The notes under the pieces: generated by a model
The model's database searches: none
Seen by the model: the letters and a program-made list of their open reading frames with translations, nothing else
What the model was told of the DNA's origin: nothing
Translations under genes and position numbers: made by a program
Shown here: positions 24,901 through 37,801 of the stretch, in pieces
How the letters are laid out: each line of letters begins with the position of its first letter
How positions within the stretch are numbered: position 1 is the stretch's first letter
NCBI RefSeq assembly: GCF_009914755.1
Contig: NC_060941.1
Source: the human T2T-CHM13v2.0 reference genome, Homo sapiens
Length of the DNA stretch: 64,000 bases
Reading direction: 5' to 3' (one strand)

Positions 24901-27900
24901 AGAGGGTAGGTTATTGCAAGTCAGGACCAGAGGTGGTGGCCCAGTTGGGTGGCTGGATACATTTAGAGGGTGTGGGCAAGCCTGTGGCTCTTATTCACAG
25001 GATTCACTGCCTGGAACAGTCTAGGCGTGGCTGGATTTTGGGCTTTGGATCGCAAAAGAGGTAGACCCTGCCCACTGCCATCCTGCTTGTACCAGTCAAG
25101 ACAGCTTAGGGTGTGGGTTGCAGGAGTCATTATTTTGAGAGGTGCATAGAGAGCATTAGATTGAGGTTGGAATCCCTTCTTTAACCACAGGATTCAAGAA
25201 AGTTACAAAGGCTGGTGCCTTGGTTTCTTCATTGTAAGATGGGAATGATGAAGTACACCTTTAAGTCTTGTGGGTTTCACATGAGAGGTTTCATGATTTG
25301 TGAGTGACGGCAAAGGATGAGCAGTGACTTGTCATTTGGCTGAGGCTGGACTCGATGGCAGGCATGCAGGTGAGCATCCCTGAGCCAGTGAGTGAGCCCA
25401 GTGTGCTGTCCAGCACCCACATCCCGATGTAGCTTTGTTTTTCTTTACTCAATGTTGAATACACAGTACATCCCATCAGAAGTCTGGAAGGGTCTGTAGT
25501 ATTTTCAGTTACACATGATTGTATTTTGTGGAGGGAATGATGTGCTTTAGGGACATTGCCAGCTTTGGGTTTGTGTGTGAAGATTGGGACATCAGTCACC
25601 CTTGTGCTATCAGGGATCTACTCTAATTCCTAGCCTCTGGAATTTTCACTGACAATCCAGGTAGAGGAAGTGATATGGTACCATACATAAGGAAAAGATT
25701 GTTAACACTACTAGGTTGACAAATGAGTATTGACATGATTCTGTAACTGAGGGAGCCTGCTACTATACATGGGAAACTGGTGTCCATGTTAGCCTGTGCC
25801 TTGGATTCATTTACTCATTTATATGTTAACATCTGTGACATCTGTCACAACAGATTTAACCCCCTGCCCTGCTTCTGAGACATGAAGATCTGGGCCACTG
25901 AGAGGGTCCTGTGGCAGCCAACGACCAAAGTCAGGGTTAGGGTGACAACCTATAATAGGCCTTGGCATCTGGCTGCTAACATAGCCAAGATCATGGGTTT
26001 GAGAGTTGCCCACAGAAGAGATCTCCCCATCTCAGGCCCTGCAATTTTAGGGTGGAGCTGACTTTGTTTGCAAAGTCAGTCGTCTGGAAAGAGGTGTTTT
26101 TTGCAAAGGTGCAAAAAAGCCTGGGTGGGGTATAATCCAAACGGCACCTGCCAAAAGTCTTCATGCTCCTCCTTTTCGAGGTCATTCTGCAGGCTGAGCA
26201 GGAGTAACACTAACAGAGTTCTATTTAGTGAGCACTTTATATGTTCTGGACATTGGACTAAACACTTTGCATACATGAGTCTGCAGCAAATTCTCAGCAG
26301 TGCTATGGGGCATGTATTATATTTTCTCTGCTTTACAGAGAAGGAGACTAAGATGATATGATCTAGATCCTGCCACACAGCTGATGTGTGATGGTGCGAG
26401 GGGTAGAGCCTCCTGGCTGCCAAACCCAAGCTTCTCGCAGAGGAGATGGGACCACTAACTAATGGTAGGCATGACCTCTGACCAGTCAGAACAGGTGCTG
26501 GTGGTAAACAGGAGGCGTGGCTCATCTGCCTGTCACTGCTGCACTTCCAGCCAGTCCAGCACAATGGCTGGCCTGTCCCTGTCCACACACCCTGTGGAAG
26601 CCGCCCGTGGGAGCTCTCTGTCTAGACTGCCATTTTAGCTGGTGCTAAATGGTCTTGCTTTTAGAGGCAAGGCAGCTATTGCTCCAGCTCCACTGTGGCA
26701 GCCTCCAAGGGATGGTTGGTTCTGTGGCCACAGAGGAACCCAGCCTCCCAAATCAGACTGGCCCATGGGTAGGTTGCCTGGGACAGCCATGACACACCAT
26801 GGAGGATGGGCCCAGGACCCATGCTATGGGGCACCAGCTATGGAGAGGCAGGTTGGGGCGCAGTGTAAAGGAAGGATGACAAGGAAGGGACCTGCAGGGT
26901 AGGGGTGTGAGGCCTCCATGTTCCTGGGGATCCCTGCAGTTCTGGGGGCTGTGTCCTTTACCTGAAGAAGTCTCTTTCCTCAGTGGCACGTGCTTCTCCT
27001 TGGCACAGTATCTGCTCAACCAGGCCCGTGCTCTCCAGGGATGTCTGACAAGCCTCACCACCATCCAAGTGATACTCGTGGAGCCTCCATTTGGGAGGCC
27101 TGTGCCAGAGTCATACCCGAGCAGCTGGGGTGGCAGATGACACTGAGGCTGATCAGGATGCCAGGTTACGGGTGCAGATGTTCCTTTGGGCAAGTGGAGC
27201 CGATGTCATTTCATTCCCGTCACATCCTCTGGTGCTGAGGTTGGAGGTGAGCACTCAAAGGAGGATAGGATTGGGTTCCCTGGAGTCAGCTGGGTGGGTA
27301 CAGGTCTTGGCCGTCTCGCCTTTAGAAGAAATATATCTGATGCGTGGGTTCCTCCAGCATTGTCCTGAAGTCAAGACCAGATTTCAGGGTCTTCCTTAGT
27401 CCCATCTCTGACACGGGCAGATTCCCACCCATATCTTCTGTATTGCCTAGGGAGGTAATAAGAGAGAACCTGTCGGCTTCGCCTGAGAAGAACACCACCC
27501 ACGTCCGCTGCCGCCGCAAGAGTGTTTTCTGTGTTCCACACGTTTTGCTGAGCACTTTGCATTCATATTTTTCTCATGTAAGCCTTCACAACAGCCTTTT
27601 GAGGTAGATCAACCCCATTTTACAGGTAGGAAAAGTGAGGCTCACTGGTTAGATCCCATGGCTATGTTCACCCAAGGGAGTGGTGTCAAGGGACTTTAGG
27701 GCTAGAGATGTCCTTCATGGAGCCACACTGACTCCTAGGTATGGCTGGATAGGACCCGTGGTTTGTTTTTTGCTTGTTCCAAGCACTTTGTATACGGCAA
27801 CTCACTTGGCCTCAACCTCCATAAAATGATACTCTTTTTATAGGTGGTAAGACTGAAGCTGAGCCAAGGGGGATTTCCCCAAGATCTTTGATTTTAGATG

Positions 27901-28876
27901 TTAGAGCTGGGACTAGAGCTGAGCTCCTTCGGCCCCAGATACTTAGTGAGCGCCTGCTGTAGTATCGGTAGCACCCACCAACTGTTTGTGGCTGACCTGA
28001 TACTATTCTCTTTCTGTAAGTCAGACTCTGGTCAGGGCTGGGGTGGGCCCACAGTACATTCTTGAAGCAAAAGAATATTGGGGTGTGAGAGATGTTGGTT
28101 CCAGCCCAGGGCCTCCCCTGTGGCCAGAGACGTAATGACTCTTTCCTTCTTGCTGCTGGTCCCATCCCTGAAACCCCAGGTGCTTGTCTATTCCGGAAAA
28201 TTTATATCTTGCGGTTTTGTGGTTAAGAGAAAATGACGCTACCAATGAAAGGTCCCCTTTTAGGCCCCCAGGGCTGGGCTAGCAGGCCCCACTGTGGTTT
28301 GTCTGGGAAAGTAGCCCCTTGGCGCTTCTGTGACTGCAACCAACTTTCCAAGAAGTGAGAGCAGCTTCATTTCACTCTGACGGGAGTGGCTGCCTGTAGG
28401 CCACCTCCATCCTTTGTCAACCAGAGAAGTTTTGCTCCATCAGCAGAACCCAAATCTGTAGAGGTTGTTTCTTAACAAGTTCTGGGAGATAGCAGCTGCC
28501 AGGACACCAGACCTGCCAGTAGCTGGGTCGTGCTGCACTGCATGTCTTCCCTTTTCCTTGTCTCAGGCACAGCTAGCCAGGTTTATGGGTTATCTGGGTG
28601 CAAAGAAGAATCACTTCAAGTTCTGCACAGTTCTACCCATGGGCCTGCTTTGGGCTGTCTAGCGGGGATCTCTACCGGCCTTTAAAAAAAGAAACCGCTT
28701 GCTCCTCTTCTAGGGAAGCTGTCCTGGCTTTTGAGATGTTCAGACCCCTGTCTCATCACTTGCCCAGTTGGTGTTTGTTTTTCGCTGCCATTTGATAAAC
28801 TTTGTGTGCCTGTCTGGCACAATGTATTGTGTTTGTGTGTTCATCCTTTCAACAAAGGTTTTAAAATAGCAAACCA

Positions 28877-29013
28877 GGCCAGGTGTGGTGGCTCATGCCT
28901 TTAATCCCAGCACTTTGGGAAGCTAACACAAGAGGATCACTTGAGCCTAGGAGTTAGAGACCAGCCTGGGCAGCATGGCAAGACCCCATCTCTATTATGA
29001 AAAAAGAGAAAAA
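28877..29013 (+). mobile_element. Alu monomer (FLAM-like)
   Basis: Left-arm-only Alu followed by an A-rich tail. Confidence 0.85.
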
Positions 29014-31080
29014 GCAGCCCATGTGCTGGGTGCTGTGCTGGCTCCTGAGGTCTGCTGGTGACCAAGAACACCAGCTGGACCCCCACCTCCCAGAGTTTCC
29101 AGCCTGAAGAGGGAAGCAGACAAGCGTGAAAAATCAGAACTGCGATATGTGATCTGGGCAGGGGGCTGGAGGGCTTGAGGAAGGCTTCCTGGAGGAAGTG
29201 GTGTCTGAGCTGATCCTTGTAGGCGGAGAGTCACTGGGAAGAGCTTGCTTAGCAGGGGACCGAGTGCCTCAAAGCTGAAAAGGGCAGGCAGGTTGTGGGG
29301 AGGCTGGACTGGGGAAGGCCCAAACGCTGGCTCAGGCTAAGGCCAGGTGGGCTAATCTCAATGTTGGCCTGTGGTGGCGAAAGTCTTGTGCAAATGGCAT
29401 ATGTTAGGAATCACTCCCAGAGGCAGGACCCTTGAAGGCCATGTGCCAGTGACAGAAGGGCTCTAGTGCTGCTGCTTTTAGTGCCAGCAGCCTGACCTCT
29501 CCAGTTAATGTGGAAAAGAGTGGTTTTGAGTTTGCACAGCTGTTTGATTTATAGTCCTGTCTCTGGTCAGCCCTTTGAAGTGGTGGTTTCAGAGCCGCGT
29601 GGAATGGAGGGAAGGGCTGGCTGTGAGAAACATGGGGATAAGAACCACACATTTTCTTCCTCTGGCACTCCTGAGCATATGTTTTATGCCAGGTGCTGTA
29701 GTAGGAACTGGGGATATGAGGGAAATACGGTCCCTGCACTGATGTGTAATTATAGGGAGATCTAACCTAGTCTTTTGGAGGTCTCCATGCTGTAGTTGAA
29801 TATGAGCTAGGTGTCATCGTTCCTGTTTACAGGTGGGTGAACTGAGACTCAGAAAAATTAATTATCTTCCTTGGGGCAGTGCAGCCTAGTATATGGTGGA
29901 TTTGAACCCAGATGTGTTCAACTCAGAAGCCTGGGAGCTCGTGTCTATTGGGGGAGACTGAGGCAGAAGCTGTTAACTGTAGTATGATAGTAACTCCATG
30001 ATCAGGGCTCTGAAAGAGTCACACACAACACACCAGGAAGGGGAGAGGCGGACTCTGACTTGGCCTGGGTAGGAAACTCCAGCAGGTATTGGAGGAATAG
30101 CTGCTGGGTGAGTGCGTGCCTGGTGGGCAGGGCCAGGGGCTATGGAACGGAGCTGGGGGGCTGGGGGAAGTTGGAGCCCTGGTTTTGGAATTTGCCTCTG
30201 GTCTCACTGGGCGGGATGGATCAGAGTGGGGTAAGCCAGGATAGGGCACATGAGTGCATCCTCTTAGACCTGTAGGATAAAAGCTCACTCGTGTGTCTAC
30301 GGTTGTGAGCTTCATGCTCTGTAGGTGCTCCCCAGGGCTTAGGTTCCATAATAGGACAGCAAGTAGACTCAGAGTCCTGAACCTCAGCAGTGTGTTTGAT
30401 TAGCAGGGTCTGCTCTGGGCACCTGAGGGGCATGGGGTGCAGGAATGTCAGGGGATCAGCCTCTGGGTCTGTGGTTTCATCAGACATAAAAACTGTACAG
30501 TTGAGAGTGTGGAATTATTTTGATTCTGACTCAGCGCTCCCTCTCCAGCAGCTGTCTGCACTTGCCACTGAGCCCCTAGTACCCTGAAGGGAGCAGGGGC
30601 CATGGGAGAGGGGTAAGTAACCCCAAGGGGGTTGAATCTGGCTCTGTCAGATTGTTGGTGAGCCTGGGGCCAAACTAGTTTTCTGGGGGAAATTTCAAAA
30701 ACGCTGATGTGGTAGCAGTGGTTTCATTATTATGGGTCTCATTTCATGCTCACATCTCTCTAGCCACAGGAGTTCTTGACCTGGCGTCTGTGGATAGAAT
30801 TCAGGGGGTCCATCGATGAACGTAGATGGGGAAGAAAATTGCACTTTTATTTTCATTAACCTTAACTGGAATTTAGCATGTCATTCCACTTGATTGTAGG
30901 CAATGAGGCACAGTTATCTTAACAAACACCTGTGACTCGGTCACCAGTAGGAATCACAGTTGTGGAGCTATCTGAAAAAGCAGTTTCCACTTGTCACAAC
31001 TTTAAAGTTATGGCAGTTATTAGATGCACTGTTGGATGTTTAATACTTTAATAAAGAAGCTTTTATGACTCTATCACAGG

Positions 31081-31485
31081 TTTTTTTTGTTTTGTTTTGT
31101 TTTGTTTTTGAGACAGAGTCTTGCTCTGTCACCCAGGCTGAAGTGCAGTCAGACAAGGGATACTCAGCCTGTATCTCAATATATTTTTCTTTTTTTTCTT
31201 TTTATTTGAGACGATCACTAAGGCTGGCAGGCTGGGGTGCAGTGGCATGATCTTGGCTTCCTGCAACCTCTGCCTCCTGGGTTCAAGTGATTCTCCTGCC
31301 TCAGCCTCCCGAGTAGCTGGGATTACCGGCGTGTGCCACCATGCCTGGCTAATTTTTGTATTTTTAGTAGAGGCAGCATTTCACCATATTGACCAGGCTG
31401 GTCTCGAACCTCTGATTTTAAGTGATCCACCTGCCTTGGCGTCCCAAAGTGCTGGGATTACAGGCGTGAGCCACCATGACTGGCT
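31081..31485 (-). mobile_element. AluS-type element carrying an internal insertion copied from 32248-32352
   Basis: A single TSD, tctatcacag (31070-31079 / 31487-31496), brackets the whole composite. Confidence 0.9.
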
Positions 31486-31587
31486 GTCTATCACAGTTTT
31501 CAGTAATTTGATAAATGTGTTTAAATAGAATTGATTTCCTTTATAATTCGAAGTGTGTCGTTTTATACATTTCAAAGTATTGTTCTG

Positions 31588-31740
31588 TCCAGGTGCGATG
31601 GCTCACGCCTGTAATCCCAGGACTTTGAGAGGCTGAGGTGGGAGGATTGCTTGAGCCCAGGAGTTCAAGACCAGCCTAGGCAACATAGTGAGACCCCATC
31701 TCAAAAAAAAAAAAAAAAGATAAAGATAAAAAAAGAAATA
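31588..31740 (+). mobile_element. Alu monomer (FLAM-like)
   Basis: Left-arm Alu followed by a poly-A tail. Confidence 0.85.
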
Positions 31741-31954
31741 AATGAAAGTATTGTTCTTTGAAAGAGATCATGGGCCTCCCTAGATTTCTAAAAGGGTCTA
31801 TGGCCCCAAACTGGTTATAAGCTTTTATTCTAATTGAAAATTTGGAGCCTTTCTAGATATTTGAAATTAAAAATTATTAATTCATCATTTTTTTCTTCGT
31901 AAAATATTGTGACTCTGTTAACAAGAGTCCTTGCTCTTTAGAAAAATGTGCTAA

Positions 31955-32311
31955 GGTCCCGGTGCAGTGGTCCTAAGTGTTTTGTTTTATACTCAGATCA
32001 AGTGATCTGCCCACCTTAGCCTCCGAAAGTGCTGGCTCATGCCTGTAATCCCAACACTTTGGGAGGCAGAAGTGGGCAGATCATCTGAGGTCAGAAGTTG
32101 GAGACCAGCCTGTCCAACATGGCGAAAACCCGTCTCTACTAAAAATACAAAAATTAGCCCTTTATGGTGGCATGCGCCTATACTTCCAACTACTTGGGAA
32201 GCTGAGGCACAAGAATCACTTAAACCCAGGAGGCGGAGGTTGCAGTGAGCCAAGATCGTGCCACTGCACCCCAGCCTGCCAGCCTTGGTGACCATCTCAA
32301 AAAAAAAAAAA
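31955..32311 (+). mobile_element. AluS-type element with a 65-bp insertion near its 5' end (31971-32035)
   Basis: ggtcccggtgcagtgg [insert] ctcatgcctgtaatccc...; unusual 3' end cagcctgccagccttggtgaccatctc. Confidence 0.9.
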
Positions 32312-32329
32312 GAAAAATATAGTGAGATA

Positions 32330-32591
32330 CAGGCTGAGTATCCCTTGTTTGAAATGCTTGAGGTCCAAAGTGTTTTGGATTTTGGATTTTTTAGAATTCT
32401 GGAATATTTGTATTATACTTAATGGCTAAGCATCCCAAACCCAAAAGTTCAAAATCCAAAATGCTCCAGTGAGCATTTCTTTGGAGCATCATGTCAGTGC
32501 TCAAAATGTTTTAGATTTTGGAGAGGTTCAGCTTCTGGGTCTTTGGAAGCGTTTCGGATTTTGGGTTTTTGGATTCGAAATGCACAACCTA
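32330..32591 (+). mobile_element. Tigger4a/MER46-type MITE
   Basis: TA-caggctgagtatccct...ttttggattttggat repeats...tgcacaacct terminus. Confidence 0.8.
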
Positions 32592-33517
32592 TATTTACAG
32601 ATGAAAGGAAAAGGAATGAATTAACACCACAACCATGAGGGACAGCAGGGTTGAGAAGTGTCTCCAGAAGACAGGTTCCTGTAAGAGACTGTGAAGGTGG
32701 TACTTATTTTGGGGGGACACTTGGAAGTCACCATTAGGAGGCCACCAGAGTCTTAGCAACATTTCAGGAGCTCTCCCTGGGTCCCTGGGTCACTTGGCCG
32801 TAGCCAAGCCAGGCAACTCCCTGGTCTTCTGGCAGTGAGCTCGTTTCCATCTGTCGAGCCTAACTGGCCTCTGTTGGGAATGCGAGTCCCTTATTTTTCA
32901 TCAGAACTGGGCCATGCCCTCCTTGTCCTTCTCTGTATCCCGTGTTCCCCAGTCCAATGCTGGGCACCCAGCCAGAGCCCAGTGTTTGTCGGGTTTACCC
33001 AAGTCAGGCTGTCCTTGTGTAAGCTTTTCTTATTTGAAGTTTTAGCCATTTGCGAGTCTTTTGAAAGCTTTGGACAATAACTCTAGAAAATACACAGACT
33101 TGCATATCTGAAATTTGCATACATTTCAGGGTGTGGATCCCTGAAAGCCTACTGGGAATCCGAGTCCAGGACCCTGGCCAATACTGCTGCTGCTCAGTGG
33201 TCATGGCTACACTTGTGGTGCTCACCATGTGCCAAATGCGTCATTTCTTCCGTCTCTCTGAGAGTCAGCTTCTATTATCCCCATTTTTCTGGAGGACAAG
33301 ATGGAGACCTTTGACAAGATGGAGACTTTTATAGGGGGTTAAGTAACTTGTCCAAGGTCACAGAGCTAGGGTGTGACTGAGCCCTTGGATCCCAACCCAG
33401 GCAGTTGGATTCTTCGCTGGAAGCATCCTAGGTGGGAGGTTACCCATTCTCCCCAAACCAGCAGGTCTTCCATATTAGCAATTACCAACTCCCTGACCCC
33501 ACCCTGGCAGGAAAGCC

Positions 33518-33729
33518 TTCTTTTTTACCCGAGACAGGGTCTTGTTCTGTCACCCGGGCTGGAGTACGGTGGTGTGATGATGGCTCACTGCAGCCTTGAC
33601 CTCCTGGGCTCAAGCGATCCTCCCACCTTAGCCTCCCAAGTAGCTAGGACTACAGGCATGCGCCACCATGCTTGGCTAATTATTGTATTTCTGGTAGAGA
33701 CAGGGTTTTGCCATGTTGGCCAGGCTGGT
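33518..33729 (-). mobile_element. 5'-truncated AluJ, about 310 bp upstream of exon 2
   Basis: Right arm plus part of the left arm. Confidence 0.88.
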
Positions 33730-34040
33730 AGGAAGGCTGCCTTTTATTTAACCCAGCTCTCTGTTCTGACCAGTGTTGCCCATGACGCTCATGTCCTGAG
33801 GTGGGCAGTGTCAGCCGCCCTGGGTAGGGCAGGGGGCTCATGGGTGGCCACCAGCCTCTGCCTGTTCTCCCAGACCCTTCTCCACCCTTTCCCCTCCCCT
33901 GCAAACAGCAGAGAGGAGAGCCAGCCCCTTCCCTCATCACATTGCTTGTGTCTGCCTGAGCTCCTCTGTAGTGTGCTTGGGCCTGCCATATGGTTGGGCT
34001 GCAGATGAACACAGGCTTTTCTTTTTTGGACTTTCTGCAG

Positions 34041-34181
34041 GCGAAGCTGGTCCGTTACATTTGTAAGCAGAGGCAGTGCAAGCTGAGCGTGGCTCCCGGT
34101 GAGAGGACCCCAGAGCTCAACAGCTACCCCCGCTTCAGCGACTGGCTGTACACTTTCAACGTGAGGCCGGAGGTGGTGCAG
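34041..34181 (+). CDS. KSR1: KSR1 coding exon 2 (141 bp, phase 0/0), part of the N-terminal CC-SAM region
   Basis: Acceptor cttttcttttttggactttctgcag| and donor cag|gtatgc. Translates to [47 protein letters not shown], recognised as KSR1. CpG-retaining, unlike the flanking intron. Confidence 0.97.
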
Positions 34182-34439
34182 GTATGCAAGCTGGTTCTCA
34201 GCATAGGGATAGGCATGAGGGGCCAAGCAGAGGGAACACACACAAACCCGAGGGCTAGCTTCCCCGTGGCTAAGACTAAGGGTTGATGCTCTCTAGTCTT
34301 GAGAAGGAGGATGGGGAGGGACAGCAGCGCCAGGAGGGATCCAGGGTACATGTGGCTCCAACAAGTGCCCTGGATGCTATTGCCTGATGAACTAGGGCAG
34401 CCCCACGCTGGGCATTGATTTGTTCATCATACTTACAAC

Positions 34440-34690
34440 AGCCAACGTATCTGGAAGCATTGGCTGTGTGGCAGACACTGTGTTAAATGTTTCTGTGTTT
34501 TGTAAGATAGATAATCTCACTTCTCATGAACTCCTATAAGGAAATTACTATCATTGTTGCCATTTTATACTCGAGGAAATTAAAGCACAGAATGGTTAAG
34601 TAAGTTGTTTAAAATCACACAGCTAGTAAATGATAGCTTGGAATTTGGAAATAAGAGTCAGAATTTAGTTTAATCTTCTGACTGCTACAA
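34440..34690 (-). mobile_element. MIR
   Basis: ccattttatactcgaggaaattaaagcacagaatggttaagtaa core. Confidence 0.7.
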
Positions 34691-35199
34691 TATGCTGTCT
34701 TCCTTCCATTGTTCTCTCTTCCTGTCTGTGCAGCCTACCCACCTGCCAGCCAGCCAACTAACCAACCAGCATACTCGGAGTGTGTACTGTGCCAGGTGCC
34801 AGGGGTGCAGGTCAGCTCTCATGGAGTGCGGATTAGTCCTACTTGGCAGGCATGGTTCACCCAGTCAGATCTCATAAATCCCCTACTTCTATCCTAAAAT
34901 TGAAAATATTGGCTTTTGCTGCTGTGTAAAAAGTAGCATGAATTCATTATATATAGATACTTTGGAAACAGAGAAGGAAAGAAATCACATACATACTCCT
35001 AACACTCAGAAAATCTATGATCATTAAGGTCTTTTTTTTTTTCCTTCCTCTCCCCAATATGGAAATCTTTTAAAAATTTCTATCTGGACTGTCCTGTAAG
35101 GTAGTCACAAGCCTCATGATTATCAAGCATTTAGAACATGGCTAGTCCAAATTAAAATGTGCTATAACTTCTTCCCTTGCTCTTACCTGTGTGGGCAAG

Positions 35200-35870
35200 G
35201 CCCTGTGGCTCTCCCCCAAGGCACACTGCAGACCCGCCTGCCTCTCTCCCTCCCTGCCTCCAGCACCACGGTCCAGGCCGCTGTCACCTCCTGCAGAATC
35301 TCTGCAGTGGCACCTCGCCCCTTGCATTCCATTTTCCACCCAGCAGCCAGGGTGCTCACCTAGAAAGGTGACTTGGATCCCATCCTTTTTCAGTGCTTCC
35401 TGTTTCCTTCAGGATAAACGCCAGATGCCTTCCTTGATCTGGCCTCTCTCGCCTCTGTTTGCTCACCTTCTCCTTTGCTCGGTAGACTCTAACCTTTGCA
35501 CTTGCTCCCCACTTCCCTGGAGTGCTCTGCCCATGACTCATCCCTTGAATATTTTTCTGGTGTTGAGTGTTGTCACCGCCTCCAGGCAGTCGTCCCTGGT
35601 GATGTGATCTAAAGATCATCCCCTGCCCATCATTCTCGCCTGCGCACCTGAGTTTATTTTCTCAATGACACTGACCACTTTCTGGAGTGACCTAACCGAT
35701 TTGTTGTCTGTGGTCTGTCTGCTCCCCCTGGGATGCGAGCACCATGAGACACGGCCTTGCTGTTTGGGTTTGTTTGCCACAAAATCCCCATTGAGTGTTG
35801 GGCCCAATATGGCAGTTGCTTGGTTGCGACAGATATAAAAATAAATACCTATTTATTTACTGAATAAGTA
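35200..35870 (+). mobile_element. L2 3' region
   Basis: Pyrimidine-rich L2-like blocks ending tatttatttactgaataag. Boundaries approximate. Confidence 0.6.
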
Positions 35871-36033
35871 GATTTCATCATGACATGGTGGATGTCTCCA
35901 ATAGCCCAGGGTTTGGCCCCAAGTGGGTGGTGACACAGGTTACTCTTAGCTCTGGCTTTCAGTTAAGTCCTGCAAGAGAGGCCAGTGTAGGGATCATAGC
36001 CCCAAAGAACCCCCTTCCCAGCTATGCCTGCTG

Positions 36034-36067
36034 CCATGAGTCACCTCCATGAGTCACCTGCCATGAG
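36034..36067 (+). promoter_or_regulatory. Short tandem repeat with two consensus AP-1 sites (TGAGTCA at 36037-36043 and 36050-36056)
   Basis: ccatgagtcacct-ccatgagtcacctg-ccatgag. Motif match only; function untested. Confidence 0.45.
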
Positions 36068-37658
36068 CCCTGGGAGAGTTGGTGCCCCCAGGGGAGATGG
36101 CCCTCTCCAGGAAGGCTAGGGCAAGTGACCCAAAGATTTCTTAGATGCAGTAGCACTCCCCTCTTCCCATGCCAACGTCCTTTTCATTCATGAAGGGTTT
36201 GTGCTGCCAGGAGCCTGAGCAGCCCTTTCCTGGGAGGCCTCTGCTATCTGGTTATTGAGCTGCACTGGTGGCCACAGTGGGGTCCTGGGGCCCCTGAGAG
36301 CCTCTGGGTTCTTTTGCCTCAAAGTTGACACATAGCACATCTGGCGTGTCATGATGGGTACACTGATGTGTTGTTTAATTATCCCAACACCCTACTTAAT
36401 AGAGACCATTTTCCCCACCTCACAGTTGAGGAAGCTAGCACTCAGTGGGTATAGAAACTCACCAGGGTCCTAGAGCCACAGAGGAGTAGAGCCGGGTGCC
36501 CCTCCACACCTGACTGTGAGTCCTCCGTCTCAACCACTTCTCTCTCCTTCTTCTTGGAATGCCTGGATTCAGGCACCTGGCCAAGCCCTTTCACCTTCCA
36601 AAGCTTCAGTCTCCTCCTCTTGTGAAATGGGAATAACCCATGTGCTGCTTGCTGGCACAGGCAGTTGTGAAAGTCAAGTGCGGGGGTGGAGGAGGAAAAA
36701 TTAACAATTTCCCACCTCTCTCTTACCCTCAGCTGCTGTTAATCCCAGGTGAGAGCCAGACCCAGCAGAGGCAGCTAGAGAGGCCTGCACATACGGCAGC
36801 TCTCAACAGCCTCCTGGGGAGTGAAGGAAGGCTGGGAATGGCTGACTAGAGGCAGTTTTCTGAATCAAGAGAGATAGCGGGAGTCAGCCCAGAGCTTAGG
36901 ACAGAGAGGGCGGCACACCAGCCTGACAGAGCTGGGCCAAGTGTCCTCCTTCCGTCCCCCCAGTTGGTACCAAGGGTGTCCTCACCAGCAGGGCCAGGAG
37001 GAAGTGAGGCTGGAGTGGATGGGGAGCAGGAGGGCAGACTGGGCTGCAGGAGCCTGCTGGAGGTACCTGGGCCTGGCAGCTTTCTTCCTGGGCTTTAAGA
37101 ACCACAAGGAACCATTAGCTGCTGTCATTCCATCTTCCCCAGACTCTCCAGAAACCCCTTCTCAAGATTTCTCTTTTTCTTCCTCCCAAATCTCATGTCA
37201 GTTCCTGGGCTATAGCCAGAGTATTCTAAAGCCCAGAAAGAAAAGGCTATTTCCTTTAGTAAACCCAGCTTCAGCTCCTACAGACTGGGGAGAGGGCTAC
37301 CTTGGTTCAGTTCTACCTCTGAGAGTTTCTCCTTGTACATGTGTGGAAGCCTAGTGATGGGGGAACCCTGAGTTAGAGCAGCTCTCCAGGGCTTCAGCTG
37401 CAAGGGCTGGCCCCAGGGGTGTGGGTCTATTTTATTCTGTTTCTTAACCCAGACAGTTCTTCGGACTCTGACTCGATACCCACTGCTGCCCCTGACCCCT
37501 ACCCTGGCCCTGATGGATTCTGTGTGCTTTCAGTGGGAATTGGCTCTGTAAGTTCTGCCCATCAAAAATAGGTGCAGTATTCAGAAGCCAGAGTTCCAAA
37601 CCCATGTCTGTCATGCATTAAAAACCCACGTCTGTCAGAGAATCTTTTGACTTCTTAA

Positions 37659-37788
37659 CCCATTTATGCCAGAGGTTGCAGTTTTTTGAATTTTTGCGGT
37701 CAGACCTTGGCAATGACCTTGAGCAGTAGGATATAAATAACTCCCATGTGCTTAGCATTCCAACAGTGGAACGCTAGGCATACGTGGG
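37659..37788 (-). mobile_element. MER85 (piggyBac/PGBD3-derived MITE)
   Basis: TTAA at 37655-37658; TIRs cccatttatgcc / ggcatacgtggg; body gaccttgagcagtaggatataaataactccc; internal palindrome attccaacagtggaac. Confidence 0.88.
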
Positions 37789-37801
37789 TTGTCATCTAAA
37801 A

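Larger units (their letters stand above)
30765..31820. mobile_element. hAT-Charlie (Charlie4-like) remnant interrupted by Alus
   Basis: caggagttcttgacctggcgtctgtggatagaattcagggggtccat start; aagggtctatggcccc end. Confidence 0.55.

Noticed and set aside
27460-27545. Small CpG-rich patch
   Set aside because: Too short for a CpG island; no splice sites or homology recognised.
33990-34286. ORF-track 98-aa protein as a standalone gene
   Set aside because: Only 34041-34181 is coding (KSR1 exon 2); the flanks are read-through across splice sites.
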